A DNA stretch of 64,000 nt from NCBI GenBank assembly GCA_043808365.1, contig JAZDEZ010000015.1:20683-84682 (forward strand), given 5' to 3'. Below the pieces are notes generated by a model, which saw only the letters and a program-made list of their open reading frames with translations, did no database searches and was not told where the DNA came from. The position numbers and the translations under genes are program-made. Below, one piece after another: positions 51,244 through 61,602 of this stretch; the stretch's first letter is position 1, and each line of letters opens with the position of its first letter. This DNA is from Patescibacteria group bacterium. Its GTDB lineage: Bacteria > Patescibacteriota > Patescibacteriia > UBA10025 > JAHIVO01.

Positions 51244-51642
51244 CTACTCCGCTCGTATTAAATTCCCCTCCGGATCCAACTCAACAAAATGGTGCGCCAT
51301 ACCGGCCACATACGCCGGGCATTGGTTTACTGGCTCATCGTCAACTGCCTGCCGGGGGTTATGCGCAATGTCAGCCACCCAATCAGGGATCAGGTCATTA
51401 GACAAGCAGGGGCCTTTTGATAAATCCTCTTCGAGCTGGAATTGTATACGCCACAATTCCTTGGCTTTGGCGACGGCCATATCCTTGTCGGCCTTTTCCT
51501 TAATCTTGACATCAGCGACGCCTGTCACGATCTCAGCCGCGGAAAATGTATTCGTGTTTGAGTTTGAAGCGGACTTTGTGCAGGCGCTAACAGTCATGCT
51601 TATCAGTAATATTGCGCTGAGTGTAACTATTTTTTTATCCAT
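51244..51642 (-). CDS. Hypothetical lipoprotein.
   Basis: Signal peptide with lipobox (MTVSAC). Confidence 0.5.
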   Translation of the reverse strand: MDKKIVTLSAILLISMTVSACTKSASNSNTNTFSAAEIVTGVADVKIKEKADKDMAVAKAKELWRIQFQLEEDLSKGPCLSNDLIPDWVADIAHNPRQAVDDEPVNQCPAYVAGMAHHFVELDPEGNLIRAE

Positions 51643-51735
51643 ACATTTATCCTTTCATAGATAGAAGTATAGCTTTTTTGAGCACAAAAAACAATAAAAA
51701 AGCTCCGGGACAACCCATCGGCTTTTCGTAAATTT

Positions 51736-52857
51736 TTATGGAATCTTGGCACCAATACCCAGTAACCGAAAAAATTGAAAGCGACCGAGCAAACTGACTA
51801 CGTAGTAACTTACAATAACATTACTTACAAATAGAACGGGATATACATACCACATATCCGGTAACCATCCCCACTGCCTGAGCATTTTTACAAGAATAAT
51901 TTGGAGCAAAACATGCAGTACATACATGCCCAGTGAAGCTGCCCCGAGCTTTTCCAGTATGCGTAAAAAATATTTTTTTGTCTGTGCCCATTGTTGCACC
52001 AGCGCGTAGAGCAACACTATCATGCAAAGGTTCAGGATTACCTGGCCGACTGTATTCACTGACCACTGTACCGGAGAATAAAAGGTTCGTATGCCCGTGC
52101 TATGGGACGGCAAGACAGTTGCCAGCACGATCACGGCTGTTACGCTCCCGGCAACTAATGCCAGACACCAACGCCAAAAAATCGTAATCCTCTGAATAAC
52201 TTTTGAAACACTGTGTTTGAAAAACATCCCCAGGAAAAAATAAAAAATAAATGACAAGACGGTACGTGACAAGACCAGTGTGATCAGCTCGCCGGCTCGG
52301 CCGTGCATCGCTGTGGCCAAGCCATAAATGGCAAATTGCCAAAAGCACTGTATGGCAAATGTCGTTCCTAGTAACCCTAGCACTCCCCCACGCCGCTGCG
52401 TGGCTCTGGCAAAAATTCGTGACAGTATCGGGTAGAATAGATAAAACTGCATGATCAATATAAAGAACCATAAATGGTACGAAGTGTTGCCGATCAAAAA
52501 ATCTATCAGAAATGTTCCCGCAGTAAAGTGCTTGGCATTAACAAAATAAAGCGCGATCGTGTAAAAAACTGTAGCGAATACGTACACGGGCAGTATGGCC
52601 CGGGCCCTTTTTTTATAAAACCACCGTAGATTGAAAAAATTTCCGTACCGTGCCCAGAGTACAAAGCCAGATAAAAAAATAAACAGCGGAACGGCGAAAC
52701 CGGCTATCTTATTCGCTATCATCAAAATTACTCCCAAAACTGACATTCCGGCCAAAACGGTGTATGGATTGGTCGTATGGATTGCCATCACTGCCAATAT
52801 TGCGACGCCTCTCAGTGCCTCGACCTCATGCAGTATGTGGCGATTTTCGTCCGTCAT
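51736..52857 (-). CDS. Acyltransferase-3 (OatA-like) family integral membrane protein.
   Basis: 373 aa with ~10 TM segments. N-terminal EALRGVAILAVMAIHT is typical of the family. Confidence 0.6.
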   Translation of the reverse strand: MTDENRHILHEVEALRGVAILAVMAIHTTNPYTVLAGMSVLGVILMIANKIAGFAVPLFIFLSGFVLWARYGNFFNLRWFYKKRARAILPVYVFATVFYTIALYFVNAKHFTAGTFLIDFLIGNTSYHLWFFILIMQFYLFYPILSRIFARATQRRGGVLGLLGTTFAIQCFWQFAIYGLATAMHGRAGELITLVLSRTVLSFIFYFFLGMFFKHSVSKVIQRITIFWRWCLALVAGSVTAVIVLATVLPSHSTGIRTFYSPVQWSVNTVGQVILNLCMIVLLYALVQQWAQTKKYFLRILEKLGAASLGMYVLHVLLQIILVKMLRQWGWLPDMWYVYPVLFVSNVIVSYYVVSLLGRFQFFRLLGIGAKIP

Positions 52858-52879
52858 AATGTCAGGCGCGCCGAATTTT

Positions 52880-54031
52880 TTACTTCTTCAGTACGCCAAC
52901 CTTATCCAGCTTCTCCCAGGGGAATTCCACGTCAGTCCGGCCGAAATGCCCGTAGGCGGCAGTCTTCTCATAGATCGGCTGCTTAAGGTGCAGTTGCTCG
53001 ATGATATCCGCCGGTTTTAACGGGAAATGCTTCCTGACCAAATCTTCCAGATCACCGTTCTCCAGCTTGCCGGTGCCGAACGTATTGATCATGATCGAAA
53101 CCGGCTCGGCCACGCCGATAGCATAAGCCAACTGGACTTCGCACCGCTTGGCCAGGCCCGCGGCGACAATATTTTTTGCGATATAACGCGCGGCGTATGA
53201 AGCGCTGCGATCGACTTTGGTGACGTCTTTGCCGGAAAAACACCCTCCTCCATGCGCGCCTACCCCGCCATAGGTATCAACAATTATCTTGCGGCCAGTC
53301 AGGCCCGTGTCGCCTGGAGGCCCGCCAATGACAAAGCGGCCAGTGGCGTTAATAAAAAAATTAATTTTTTCATCGTACCAATCTCCCAAAACTGGTTTGA
53401 TGACATACTCCTTAATGTCTGCCCGAAGTTTCTCCATTTCCACGTCTTCCGAATGATGCGCGGCAATGACCACCGTCTCAATGCGATGCGGCTTGTCGTC
53501 CGCATACTCTACGGTCACCTGCGATTTGCCGTCGGGCCTTAAATAAGGAAGCTGGCCGCTCTTGCGAACCTCGGCCAGTTTATGCGTGAGCCGGTGAGCC
53601 AGTGAAATGGTCAATGGCATGTACTCCGGCGTCTCGTCGCAGGCGTAGCCGAACATCAGGCCCTGATCGCCGGCCCCCTGCTCCTTGCGCTCGCCCGTGC
53701 CGTCCACGCCCTGGGCGATGTCGGGCGATTGTTCGTGGATGGTGCTGATCACGCCCACATCCTTATAGCAGAAACCGTACTCGGATTTGTCGTACCCGAT
53801 TTTCTTGAGTGTCCGGCGGACGATCGCCTGGATGTCCACATAGCCGGTCGTCTTGACCTCGCCGCCGACCAGCACCAGGCCGGTGGTGACAAAACATTCC
53901 ACGGCCGAGTGGCAGTCCTTATCCTGCTTCAGCATGTCGTCATACACCGCATCCGAGATTTGGTCGCACACCTTGTCCGGGTGCCCCTCCGTGACCGACT
54001 CCGAGGTGAATAATTTTTTCTGATGTGACAT
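52880..54031 (-). CDS. metK: S-adenosylmethionine synthetase.
   Basis: [29 protein letters not shown]. Confidence 0.9.
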   Translation of the reverse strand: MSHQKKLFTSESVTEGHPDKVCDQISDAVYDDMLKQDKDCHSAVECFVTTGLVLVGGEVKTTGYVDIQAIVRRTLKKIGYDKSEYGFCYKDVGVISTIHEQSPDIAQGVDGTGERKEQGAGDQGLMFGYACDETPEYMPLTISLAHRLTHKLAEVRKSGQLPYLRPDGKSQVTVEYADDKPHRIETVVIAAHHSEDVEMEKLRADIKEYVIKPVLGDWYDEKINFFINATGRFVIGGPPGDTGLTGRKIIVDTYGGVGAHGGGCFSGKDVTKVDRSASYAARYIAKNIVAAGLAKRCEVQLAYAIGVAEPVSIMINTFGTGKLENGDLEDLVRKHFPLKPADIIEQLHLKQPIYEKTAAYGHFGRTDVEFPWEKLDKVGVLKK

Positions 54032-54061
54032 AGTCTTATTCGTAAGTTATTTATTGTATTC

Positions 54062-54248
54062 GTAAAAAATAAAAAAAATCTCCTATCAGATAAGAGATTA
54101 CTACAGAGAATTCACCTCTTATCTATCCCCCGCACCTTGAGGCGTGGGAGCTGGACTTAGCACCCGAACTTCGTCTTGTGCCCGAATGGGTTGCTGGAGT
54201 GTCAACGGCCCAGTTGCCTACACTCACTCTTGATAATTGGTTGGGTTG
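54062..54248 (-). ncRNA. SAM-I (S-box) riboswitch with a terminator expression platform, in the metK leader.
   Basis: Read on the minus strand: UUAUCAAGAG...CUGGGCC...AGCAACC...GGUGCUAAGUCCAGC...P4 hairpin...GAUAGAUAAGAGG, which follows the SAM-I consensus order. It is followed by the AATCTCTTATC-TGAT-AGGAGATT hairpin and U8. Confidence 0.65.
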
Positions 54249-54647
54249 TTAAGAACAGATCTATTATATCACACAATGCAGTCCTGTCAATTTTTAAAAG
54301 TAATCGTGCCGAGCCTGCGGGTCTCGGGGTCCCGAGGCGAGGCATACTTTTTAGGGAAAAGAAGCGATGAGGCCGAAGTCCTGCCATCAGGAAGGATGAG
54401 CCGTAGGTGTCTCCTCATAGGCATCAGAAAAGCCCGCACCCATCTGCCAACTACTCTATAGTAATTAACAAATGGTGGTACGGGCTTTATATCCTCCCTT
54501 ATTAAGGTGGACTGGGATCCTTCCAAGCAATCGCTCAGTCGGATCACCACGGTCATTGTATCATATTTTTTGGCTAAAGTCAATAAAAAAGCGCCCTCTT
54601 GTCCTCATAAAACAAGACGGCGCTGAAGTGTACGGCTAGAAAGAGCG

Positions 54648-55592
54648 TTAATCGGAAAACTTGATAAGCGGGCAAGCCTTCTGCTTGACGGCCTTCATCC
54701 AAATCCAGAAAGGTTTCCAGTTGCGATCCGACCAGGACGGCCCAATACGCTCAGGCTTAACCTTTTTTGGCCTCCTCTCCCTTCCCTCCTCAGGCTTTCC
54801 TCTACCCATGACAGTCCTTAGCGACCGGCGAAACTTAACCTTGGTAATAATATATGTCATCATGAAAGCAATAATATAGGAGGCAAACAGGTACGAGCAA
54901 ATGGCCAAGAGTTGATCCGGCCCCGCAGATTTAATAAGATACGCTCCCAGTAGCACCGGGATGGCTATTACCGCATAGAACAGGATAAGCTCAGTTACTA
55001 ACATGGAACATCCCCTTGCCCTATTGAATCTCGGGTAGTTATTGATAAATTCTTCAGCTTTTAGCCCGCCAATGAGCAGGTAATGGAACAGTAGGCAGTT
55101 AAATCTCCACACTGGCCCGATGGCGCATGCGAAAGCATACTTAATGGCCAGCGCCACTAAGGATACAATGCCGATAATCAATAAGATTATCAATAAAATA
55201 AGTGAACAGAGGCCAATTAAACCAATAAGCAGGTGATCAATCTTGAGCAGGAAAACCAAGGATACAACCAGCAACCAGATAAGAAAGCTGGCCACCGACT
55301 TACGATTTTTCAATAGCGGGGCCATGACTTGGTTATAAAGCAAATCTTTGACTAGCCACTTGAACGGATAGACAAAGGCGTGCAGGACGACAGCCAAGGC
55401 GCCGATCCAGATTATTCTCTGCACATAGGCGCAGATCGACCTTTGGGAAGGAATATTTTTCTTCCAGAGGCCGTTACGGAACGTCCAGCACCAGAATTTA
55501 TAGTGCCAGGACGAGCGATTGATAACGACTGGTCCAGTGATAAACATATTTCCTCCTCTATTCCATTTCCACAAATAACCGGATTGTGCCAA
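54648..55592 (-). CDS. Hypothetical polytopic membrane protein.
   Basis: 314 aa with multiple TM helices and a basic C-terminus. Confidence 0.4.
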   Translation of the reverse strand: MAQSGYLWKWNRGGNMFITGPVVINRSSWHYKFWCWTFRNGLWKKNIPSQRSICAYVQRIIWIGALAVVLHAFVYPFKWLVKDLLYNQVMAPLLKNRKSVASFLIWLLVVSLVFLLKIDHLLIGLIGLCSLILLIILLIIGIVSLVALAIKYAFACAIGPVWRFNCLLFHYLLIGGLKAEEFINNYPRFNRARGCSMLVTELILFYAVIAIPVLLGAYLIKSAGPDQLLAICSYLFASYIIAFMMTYIITKVKFRRSLRTVMGRGKPEEGRERRPKKVKPERIGPSWSDRNWKPFWIWMKAVKQKACPLIKFSD

Positions 55593-56070
55593 AAAGGGTA
55601 ATGATCCACAGGATCAGGGCCGCGGCATGGTTGGCATATAGGTCGTACCGCCATACATATAATGTCGTGAACCACCCAAGTTCATGAAGCAACGGCTTGG
55701 CTTCCCTGTAGATGGCGGCACTATCTCCGGCAGTGACCGCAGATACGATCCGTTGGCCAAATCCCTCGATCTTTTCGTTCATCTCCTTGAGATGGGTAAA
55801 ACGGGCATCCAGAGAAATAGTCTCTCCGAAAATAGGCTTGACCGACCCGTGATCCATGCCAGAAGATTGCAAAGCGGCGAGAACCGTATCAGCCTTTGCA
55901 ATGGCCACGCTGATTTCCTGAGCGCTGGCTGTGCCAATGTCACGCATTTTCGTATAATCCTCCGGATATGCTGAGTATGTCTGGTATCCCAGCCAAGCGG
56001 AAACCAACGCAAAAACAATGAGATTTGCCCCTAAAAGCCAACTCCACGTTTCATTCAACGGCTTGGACAT
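55558..56070 (-). CDS. Hypothetical membrane-anchored protein.
   Basis: 170 aa with TM segments at both ends. Confidence 0.4.
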   Translation of the reverse strand: MSKPLNETWSWLLGANLIVFALVSAWLGYQTYSAYPEDYTKMRDIGTASAQEISVAIAKADTVLAALQSSGMDHGSVKPIFGETISLDARFTHLKEMNEKIEGFGQRIVSAVTAGDSAAIYREAKPLLHELGWFTTLYVWRYDLYANHAAALILWIITLFGTIRLFVEME

Positions 56071-56831
56071 TGCGTCCTCCTTTCTATTGATAACTTATAG
56101 GTTTTCAATGTGCATAATGAAACAGGATACATTAAAATAGATAAACTGTCAAGAGAAAGGCAGAAAAAAAGGCAACCAAAGTCGCCTTTCTCATTTGATC
56201 ATTGAATAATTTGCCGGCTAATGCCCTAGCCGCTTACAAATCTGCCGCGCCAATTTATCGGCGGTCTGCGGATGTTCCCTGGCCTTCTTCATTAGCTTTC
56301 CAAAATCAATCTTCGCTTCCAACATGCGATTATCCTCCTCAATCAATTAAGGTGCAAATATAAAAACAAGCTACCGTATTCCACGACGGGCGTCAAGGAA
56401 TGATAAATTGCAATATTGGAATTTATGATAGAATTATGCAAAATTGCTGATTATCAATATATTGGCAATACAAAATCCGCCTTAGGGGGCGGGCATCGCA
56501 TGGTTTCCATAAATTAGCGGAAACGGACAGTGCGGATGGTTTTGCCGGCTTTCTTGCGGTGCTTGCGCATCGCGACTTTACTTTTCTTGTCCATAACGTT
56601 GTAAGTTAGTATCTTTATCAGTGTAACAGAAATATCCTCCTTGTTCAATCAATAAACACACTTACGACAATTGCTCTCTCCCTATGGGTGAGGTAGCGGT
56701 GGCGTTATCGCCGCTCGTATCGGTATCGTTGGAGGTTTTGGTATTAATAAAGACGCAAACGAAACCGTTTAACGATACGCCTGCCCGCCTCTGGCGGGGG
56801 CCGCGCTAACTCTAACCCAAACTAATATCAA

Positions 56832-58127
56832 TTATCTCCACAGCACCGGCCGGTCTTTCGGCACGATCTCCACCCACGTCGTGCCACGCACGAACTGCAC
56901 CTCCTGGCCGTTAAGATAATAGTATTTCGTCCGGGAAGACATCAGCGGCTTGCGCCAGATGATCTGGGACAATTTCCCGTCCTGGAGCAGCCAGCCGCGC
57001 CCGCCGCCCGTTATCTGAAGGGCTAAATGCTTCTGCCAATCAATTACTTTTTCTTTATCGATCAGCTGGACCACTACGTTTTTTGCCGATAAGATCGATT
57101 TGGCGGGCAAATTCGCATCCCCGTGCGGTTTGCCGCCATTATATCTTAAAAATGAATTTGAGGCGCGATCGTAGGCGTACGTGACGATATATTGGCTGCC
57201 GGACTTGAAATCAATAATAAGTTTTTTCTTTTCATTCGGCCGGTTCTTCAGCGCAGACTCATCCTTGAATTTCCACGACTCAAACGTAGCTACGACGGAA
57301 GCCAGCTTGAAATCATTTTTCATCTTTTTAATTAACGTCCCGTTCGTGAACAGGTTATGCGTGGTGGCAGTTTTCCCCGCCCGGAAAAAATACCTGGCTG
57401 TTTTATTAACAAGTGCGTCAATACTCCGGACCTTCATCTTACCGAATTCGTTGAAAGCATCGCGGCTGCCGCCGGCGTGCATAACTGTGGCGCCATACTC
57501 CTTTGCCCAGTCAACATAATACGGACGGGCAGAACGGACCGGACCGATTTTCGGCTGGTTATCCAATACGGTCAGCATGAGAAATCTCGGGATGCCCCCT
57601 TCAGCCAGCGCCTCATAGACTATTGAAGCGGAGGCGAGACCGGATTGCGGCCGGACTGACGCCAAATTTTCTACTATCATGCCGACCGGCTGAACGTTCG
57701 CCTGATTGTATGGCACGATCACGCCGTCTATGCGGCGCGGCCAGGTCTTGGGAACGGTGAAGGTGATTTTATCGGTCCAGGCGCTGGTTTCACTTAACCG
57801 CCTGGCTTGTACTTGAATCGTGTGATTGCCAGCGGCGAATTTCAGCTTCGGCTTGAAGACAAAACTGGCTGTGCCCTTTTTCCCGTTCTTCGCTTTTACG
57901 CCGCCCGCGAACTTCCCGTCAATGACGAAAAAAACCGATGAATCATTTTTCACAAGACCGGTAATCACCAATTGCGTATCGGGCGGCAGGGCGTAATTAT
58001 TTTTTGGCTGGACGATCGTCGGCGATGATAAGGCTGATGCCGGAGATGCCATGCCAAACACAACCAGCCCTGACATGAGTACTGCCAAGGCAATGATATT
58101 TTTTATATTTGATTTTTTATTTTTCAT
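56832..58127 (-). CDS. Secreted hypothetical protein, possibly DUF3048/YerB-like.
   Basis: Signal peptide. ARPQSGL...IVYEALAEGGIPRF resembles the YerB-type family. Confidence 0.4.
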   Translation of the reverse strand: MKNKKSNIKNIIALAVLMSGLVVFGMASPASALSSPTIVQPKNNYALPPDTQLVITGLVKNDSSVFFVIDGKFAGGVKAKNGKKGTASFVFKPKLKFAAGNHTIQVQARRLSETSAWTDKITFTVPKTWPRRIDGVIVPYNQANVQPVGMIVENLASVRPQSGLASASIVYEALAEGGIPRFLMLTVLDNQPKIGPVRSARPYYVDWAKEYGATVMHAGGSRDAFNEFGKMKVRSIDALVNKTARYFFRAGKTATTHNLFTNGTLIKKMKNDFKLASVVATFESWKFKDESALKNRPNEKKKLIIDFKSGSQYIVTYAYDRASNSFLRYNGGKPHGDANLPAKSILSAKNVVVQLIDKEKVIDWQKHLALQITGGGRGWLLQDGKLSQIIWRKPLMSSRTKYYYLNGQEVQFVRGTTWVEIVPKDRPVLWR

Positions 58128-58196
58128 CTTTCAATATCAGTATAGCACAAAACGGGCCATATTTCAATAGCAATATTAATAACTCCTCTGTTACTA

Positions 58197-58682
58197 TCAA
58201 ATATTTCGGCAATCCGGGTCACGATAGTCCGCATCTGCTTCCTTTAACGAATTCATCCATGTTTTACAATTCCACTCATTCTTCCACTCATCACCTTCCC
58301 AGGCACCGCATGTTCCAATCCAATGACCCCATTTATTATAAAATACGGTACCGCCATCAAAACATTTCACAGCACATTTATCGTTTTCATCACGACGGGA
58401 ACTATATGTAGCATCGTCAGGCGGACCACCGCATTGGAACGCGTAGACTCGGCCTCTCCAAGTATTCCAAGAATAAACACGGTAATGGTCACCTTCGCTA
58501 TTTTTTATTTGTTCGATAAGTTCCCGGTCAACCGGACCAAGCTTCAAATAAAAATATCCCACAGTAAAAATTATTAACAGCACAGCGCATATAAGGACCC
58601 AAAAATACCATACGCTAAATATTTTTTTAGTACTCTGTGTTGAAGGTTGAATGTGGTTCATAAATTCTTTTAAATTTATCAT
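58197..58682 (-). CDS. Hypothetical N-terminally anchored protein.
   Basis: 161 aa with one TM segment. Confidence 0.4.
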   Translation of the reverse strand: MINLKEFMNHIQPSTQSTKKIFSVWYFWVLICAVLLIIFTVGYFYLKLGPVDRELIEQIKNSEGDHYRVYSWNTWRGRVYAFQCGGPPDDATYSSRRDENDKCAVKCFDGGTVFYNKWGHWIGTCGAWEGDEWKNEWNCKTWMNSLKEADADYRDPDCRNI

Positions 58683-58810
58683 CCCCTCCAGCGGTCTTCG
58701 GAGATGTCTCGATTTAAATTAATAAATCACTAACATTAAAATTAACCAGAGTATCAAAAAACCAAAAGAAGCAGTCGCCATAATCAACATCTTTTTAACA
58801 AATACAAGTA

Positions 58811-59152
58811 TTATTCTTTCCCATATTTCCTTTTACCGGAATCATACTTGTATTCTTCGCAAAGCGCTTTAATGAACCCAGCCGCGTTTGATAGCTCTGC
58901 CTCATTGACAGGCTTGCCCGGTGAAGTCGTTTCTGCAAAAATTGTCATTACGTTTATCTCTAATTGAGTCGCCCGTTTATCTCCTTTCTGCCGCATCACT
59001 TTTTCAAGACCCTCTGCCCGCCAGGCAAAATCAATAGCTTCTTTAGTACTTTCACTTATTTCATTCTCTTTAATACCACCTTCACCTGCTTCGAATTCTT
59101 TTGCAGCCCGTTGTTCTTCATGTGACGTTGGATTGCCTTGTTCGTTTGCCAT
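58811..59152 (-). CDS. Hypothetical acidic protein.
   Basis: 113-aa ORF. Confidence 0.35.
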   Translation of the reverse strand: MANEQGNPTSHEEQRAAKEFEAGEGGIKENEISESTKEAIDFAWRAEGLEKVMRQKGDKRATQLEINVMTIFAETTSPGKPVNEAELSNAAGFIKALCEEYKYDSGKRKYGKE

Positions 59153-59186
59153 ATTTTTCCTTTCATTACACTTTCTTAATTTTTTA

Positions 59187-59335
59187 TGCCCTCAGTAGTC
59201 CCGCCATCCCGTCATTCGACGGGACAGGTTCGGCGAGATCTTCGTCCCTCGGCTTCACTCGGGACTACGACCCCGCGGTGCAACTCGGGGTCGCCCTGAG
59301 CTTCGCCGAAGGGCGAGAATCTCATAATATGTTTC
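59187..59335. repeat. Degenerate MITE-like repeat copy (R7) bounded by a 13-nt direct repeat of the tRNA-Arg 3' end.
   Basis: ATGCCCTCAGTAG occurs at 59187-59199 and again at 59338-59350. In between lie GTCATTCGACGGGAC and AAGGGCGAGAATCTCAT, which resemble the repeat-family cores. Confidence 0.3.
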
Positions 59336-59338
59336 AAA

Positions 59339-59410
59339 TGCCCTCAGTAGGAATCGAACCTACATCACAAGATCCGGAATCTTGTGTCCTATCCATTGAA
59401 CGATGAGGGC
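59339..59410 (-). tRNA. tRNA-Arg (anticodon CCG).
   Basis: Reverse complement GCCCTCA-TC-GTTCAATGGATAGGAC-A-CAAGATTCCGGATCTTG-TGAT-GTAGGTTCGATTCCTAC-TGAGGGC-A folds as a canonical cloverleaf. The CCA end is not encoded. Confidence 0.85.
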
Positions 59411-59567
59411 TTATTGTAAAATTTCTTCAGCCAGAGGCTGATCCGCCTATGGCGGAAATGACGAATTTTTAATTTCTAATAAATTTCCAATTCCTGAATT
59501 TCTAATTGGACATTGAGTAATTGTGGCTTGATTAGAAATTAGTAATTAGGAATTGATAATTTACTTC

Positions 59568-60350
59568 CTACTCCTGCCTCTCCAATTTCTTCAACCGTTC
59601 TTCCATAACCCGGGTGGCATAGGCCAATTGCTCCGGATTATTCACGCCGACCCATTCATAATGATCAGTGATGCGGTGCGCCGAAACTTTCTGTTTGCGG
59701 TCAACAGCCATCTTCACCAGGTCCGGTAATATTAATTCACCCTTGCCGGTCGCAGAAGGCTCCAGCTTCTTGATATTCTCCCACAGCCACTCTGATTCAA
59801 AACAATAGGTGCCAGTATTAATCTCGTCAATCTTTTTTTCCTCCTCGGTCAGAACTTCTTTTTCCTTGATGGCGATTACGTCACCTGATTTATTACGAAT
59901 AATCCGCCCCAGCTCTGCGGGTTTTGGATGTTTGAGCGTCAGCAAACTAACTTTGGCCTTTTCTGACACATGCCAACCGATTAAATCAATAAGCGTGGCC
60001 GGGCTGTAAAAAGCCGAATCATCTCCTTGGATGACCAGTACGTGCGGATTGGATTTATCGACCGTGCTTTCTGCGCACATGACCGCGTGGCCGGTGCCTT
60101 TCTGCTCGGTTTGTGTGGCATATTTATAACGATTGCCGAAATACTCCTGGATCATCTCTGCCTTATACCCGACTACAATTACGACATCCGAGATATTGAT
60201 ATTCTCCAGAGTCTTGAGCGTGTACTCAAGCATCGGCTTGCCGCAAATCTCGTGCATGACTTTCGGCTTGGCGGACGGCTGGCCGTTGTTTAATCGAGTG
60301 CCTTTTCCGGCCGCGAGGATGATGGCACTGGTGTGCTGGATGATGGACAT
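59568..60350 (-). CDS. Sugar-1-phosphate nucleotidyltransferase (similar to the GlmU N-terminal domain; no acetyltransferase domain).
   Basis: IILAAGKGTRL..., VVGYK, and the NTP-transferase fold motifs. 260 aa. Confidence 0.7.
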   Translation of the reverse strand: MSIIQHTSAIILAAGKGTRLNNGQPSAKPKVMHEICGKPMLEYTLKTLENINISDVVIVVGYKAEMIQEYFGNRYKYATQTEQKGTGHAVMCAESTVDKSNPHVLVIQGDDSAFYSPATLIDLIGWHVSEKAKVSLLTLKHPKPAELGRIIRNKSGDVIAIKEKEVLTEEEKKIDEINTGTYCFESEWLWENIKKLEPSATGKGELILPDLVKMAVDRKQKVSAHRITDHYEWVGVNNPEQLAYATRVMEERLKKLERQE

Positions 60351-60468
60351 AAGAATAATTTCTCAATTACCAATTTCCAATAACCAATGAATGATCCAAT
60401 GCTGTATGATTATTTGGAAATTGGAGTTTGGAATTTTATTGGATATTGGTAATTGGATACTTGGTAAT

Positions 60469-61536
60469 TTACCTAATAATCGCTTTCTGCGCCATTTTAT
60501 AAATGGTATACCAGACCGGGTCCAGGATCAAGTCAAAGGCGCCAAGGTAGGCCGCTCCGTACCCGCCGAACCCCTGCTTGAAACGGGTAATGCCGTCCCA
60601 AGGATGCGGCGCGTCATTGTCATGAGCCAGTGTCACTCCGCCAAAATCATATTTTTTATAACCGCGCTTCTTGGCCTCCTGGATCTGGCGCCATTGCAGC
60701 AGATGAGGGGCCATAACCTCGCGCCGCTCGTCCCCGGAAGCGCCATGCAGATACGTCACCGTGTCGCCAAAAAAAATCACTATATTGCCCGCCACGTTCT
60801 TGCCTTCATATTCGGCGGAAAAAAGCTGTAAAAAATTCTTGCCAGCGAGCGTCCGGTGCATGATCCGATAATAGTCATGCGAGTGCGTTCTGATTTTGTC
60901 CCGCTGAGCGGTCTGCGTAGTGAGTGAGAGAAACGCGTCGAAATCATTGACCGTTTCCACGGTCCGGATATGGACGCCCTTCCGTTCGGCGAGCTTGATG
61001 TTATAACGCGTCTTCGGATGCATGGCGGCCAGCAATTGCTCTTCCGACTGCCCTAAGTCCAGAAACCACGTTTGCGCCGGCTGAACCTGATCAACCTTCT
61101 TTATCTGCCAGCCCTGCGTGACCGTGGTTAATAGCGCTTCATTTGTCTTTTCCCAGGGTGGCTCAACCTTCAAAAACATGACGCCGTGGTTCTCCGCCTG
61201 GTCCATAATCGTTTCCAACAGACTCCTGACGGTAGCGCCGTATTTATCAACCGGCAAACGGTCATCGAGCATCGGTCCGCGCGGGATATACCAATATTTT
61301 TTTCCGAGCGGGAGCCGATGTTCGAACGCCTGCGCGGTACCGAGAATCGTCTGCCCGTCAAAGGCTCCCCACCGCCTGACCGGTCGCGGCACGGCACGCT
61401 GGAACTCGCCCCACCGCCAGGACTGCAAAAACTGACAACCTGTCCGGTTGCCGACAAATGAATCTAATTCATTTTGCTTTTCAATTTCCCTGACTTCCAT
61501 TAAAATAAATATAAAATATAAAAAATCAAATATCAA
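60469..61536 (-). CDS. FemAB-family peptidoglycan branch aminoacyltransferase.
   Basis: QFLQSWRWGEF is the hallmark FemABX N-terminus. The GNAT-like tandem fold length fits. The start is probably the internal Met at ~61500. Confidence 0.7.
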   Translation of the reverse strand: MIFDFLYFIFILMEVREIEKQNELDSFVGNRTGCQFLQSWRWGEFQRAVPRPVRRWGAFDGQTILGTAQAFEHRLPLGKKYWYIPRGPMLDDRLPVDKYGATVRSLLETIMDQAENHGVMFLKVEPPWEKTNEALLTTVTQGWQIKKVDQVQPAQTWFLDLGQSEEQLLAAMHPKTRYNIKLAERKGVHIRTVETVNDFDAFLSLTTQTAQRDKIRTHSHDYYRIMHRTLAGKNFLQLFSAEYEGKNVAGNIVIFFGDTVTYLHGASGDERREVMAPHLLQWRQIQEAKKRGYKKYDFGGVTLAHDNDAPHPWDGITRFKQGFGGYGAAYLGAFDLILDPVWYTIYKMAQKAIIR

Positions 61537-61602
61537 AAAGGTAGTTATATGTAAAAAAATCCGTACCCATTTTTTACTTTTAATTTTTAAAATTTGATAT
61601 AA

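Noticed and set aside
56517-56596. 26-aa basic minus-strand mini-ORF (MDKKSKVAMRKHRKKAGKTIRTVRFR) and a 36-aa mini-ORF at 56222-56335.
   Set aside because: They are too short to judge and match no ribosomal small-protein family that I can recognise. They are left unannotated.
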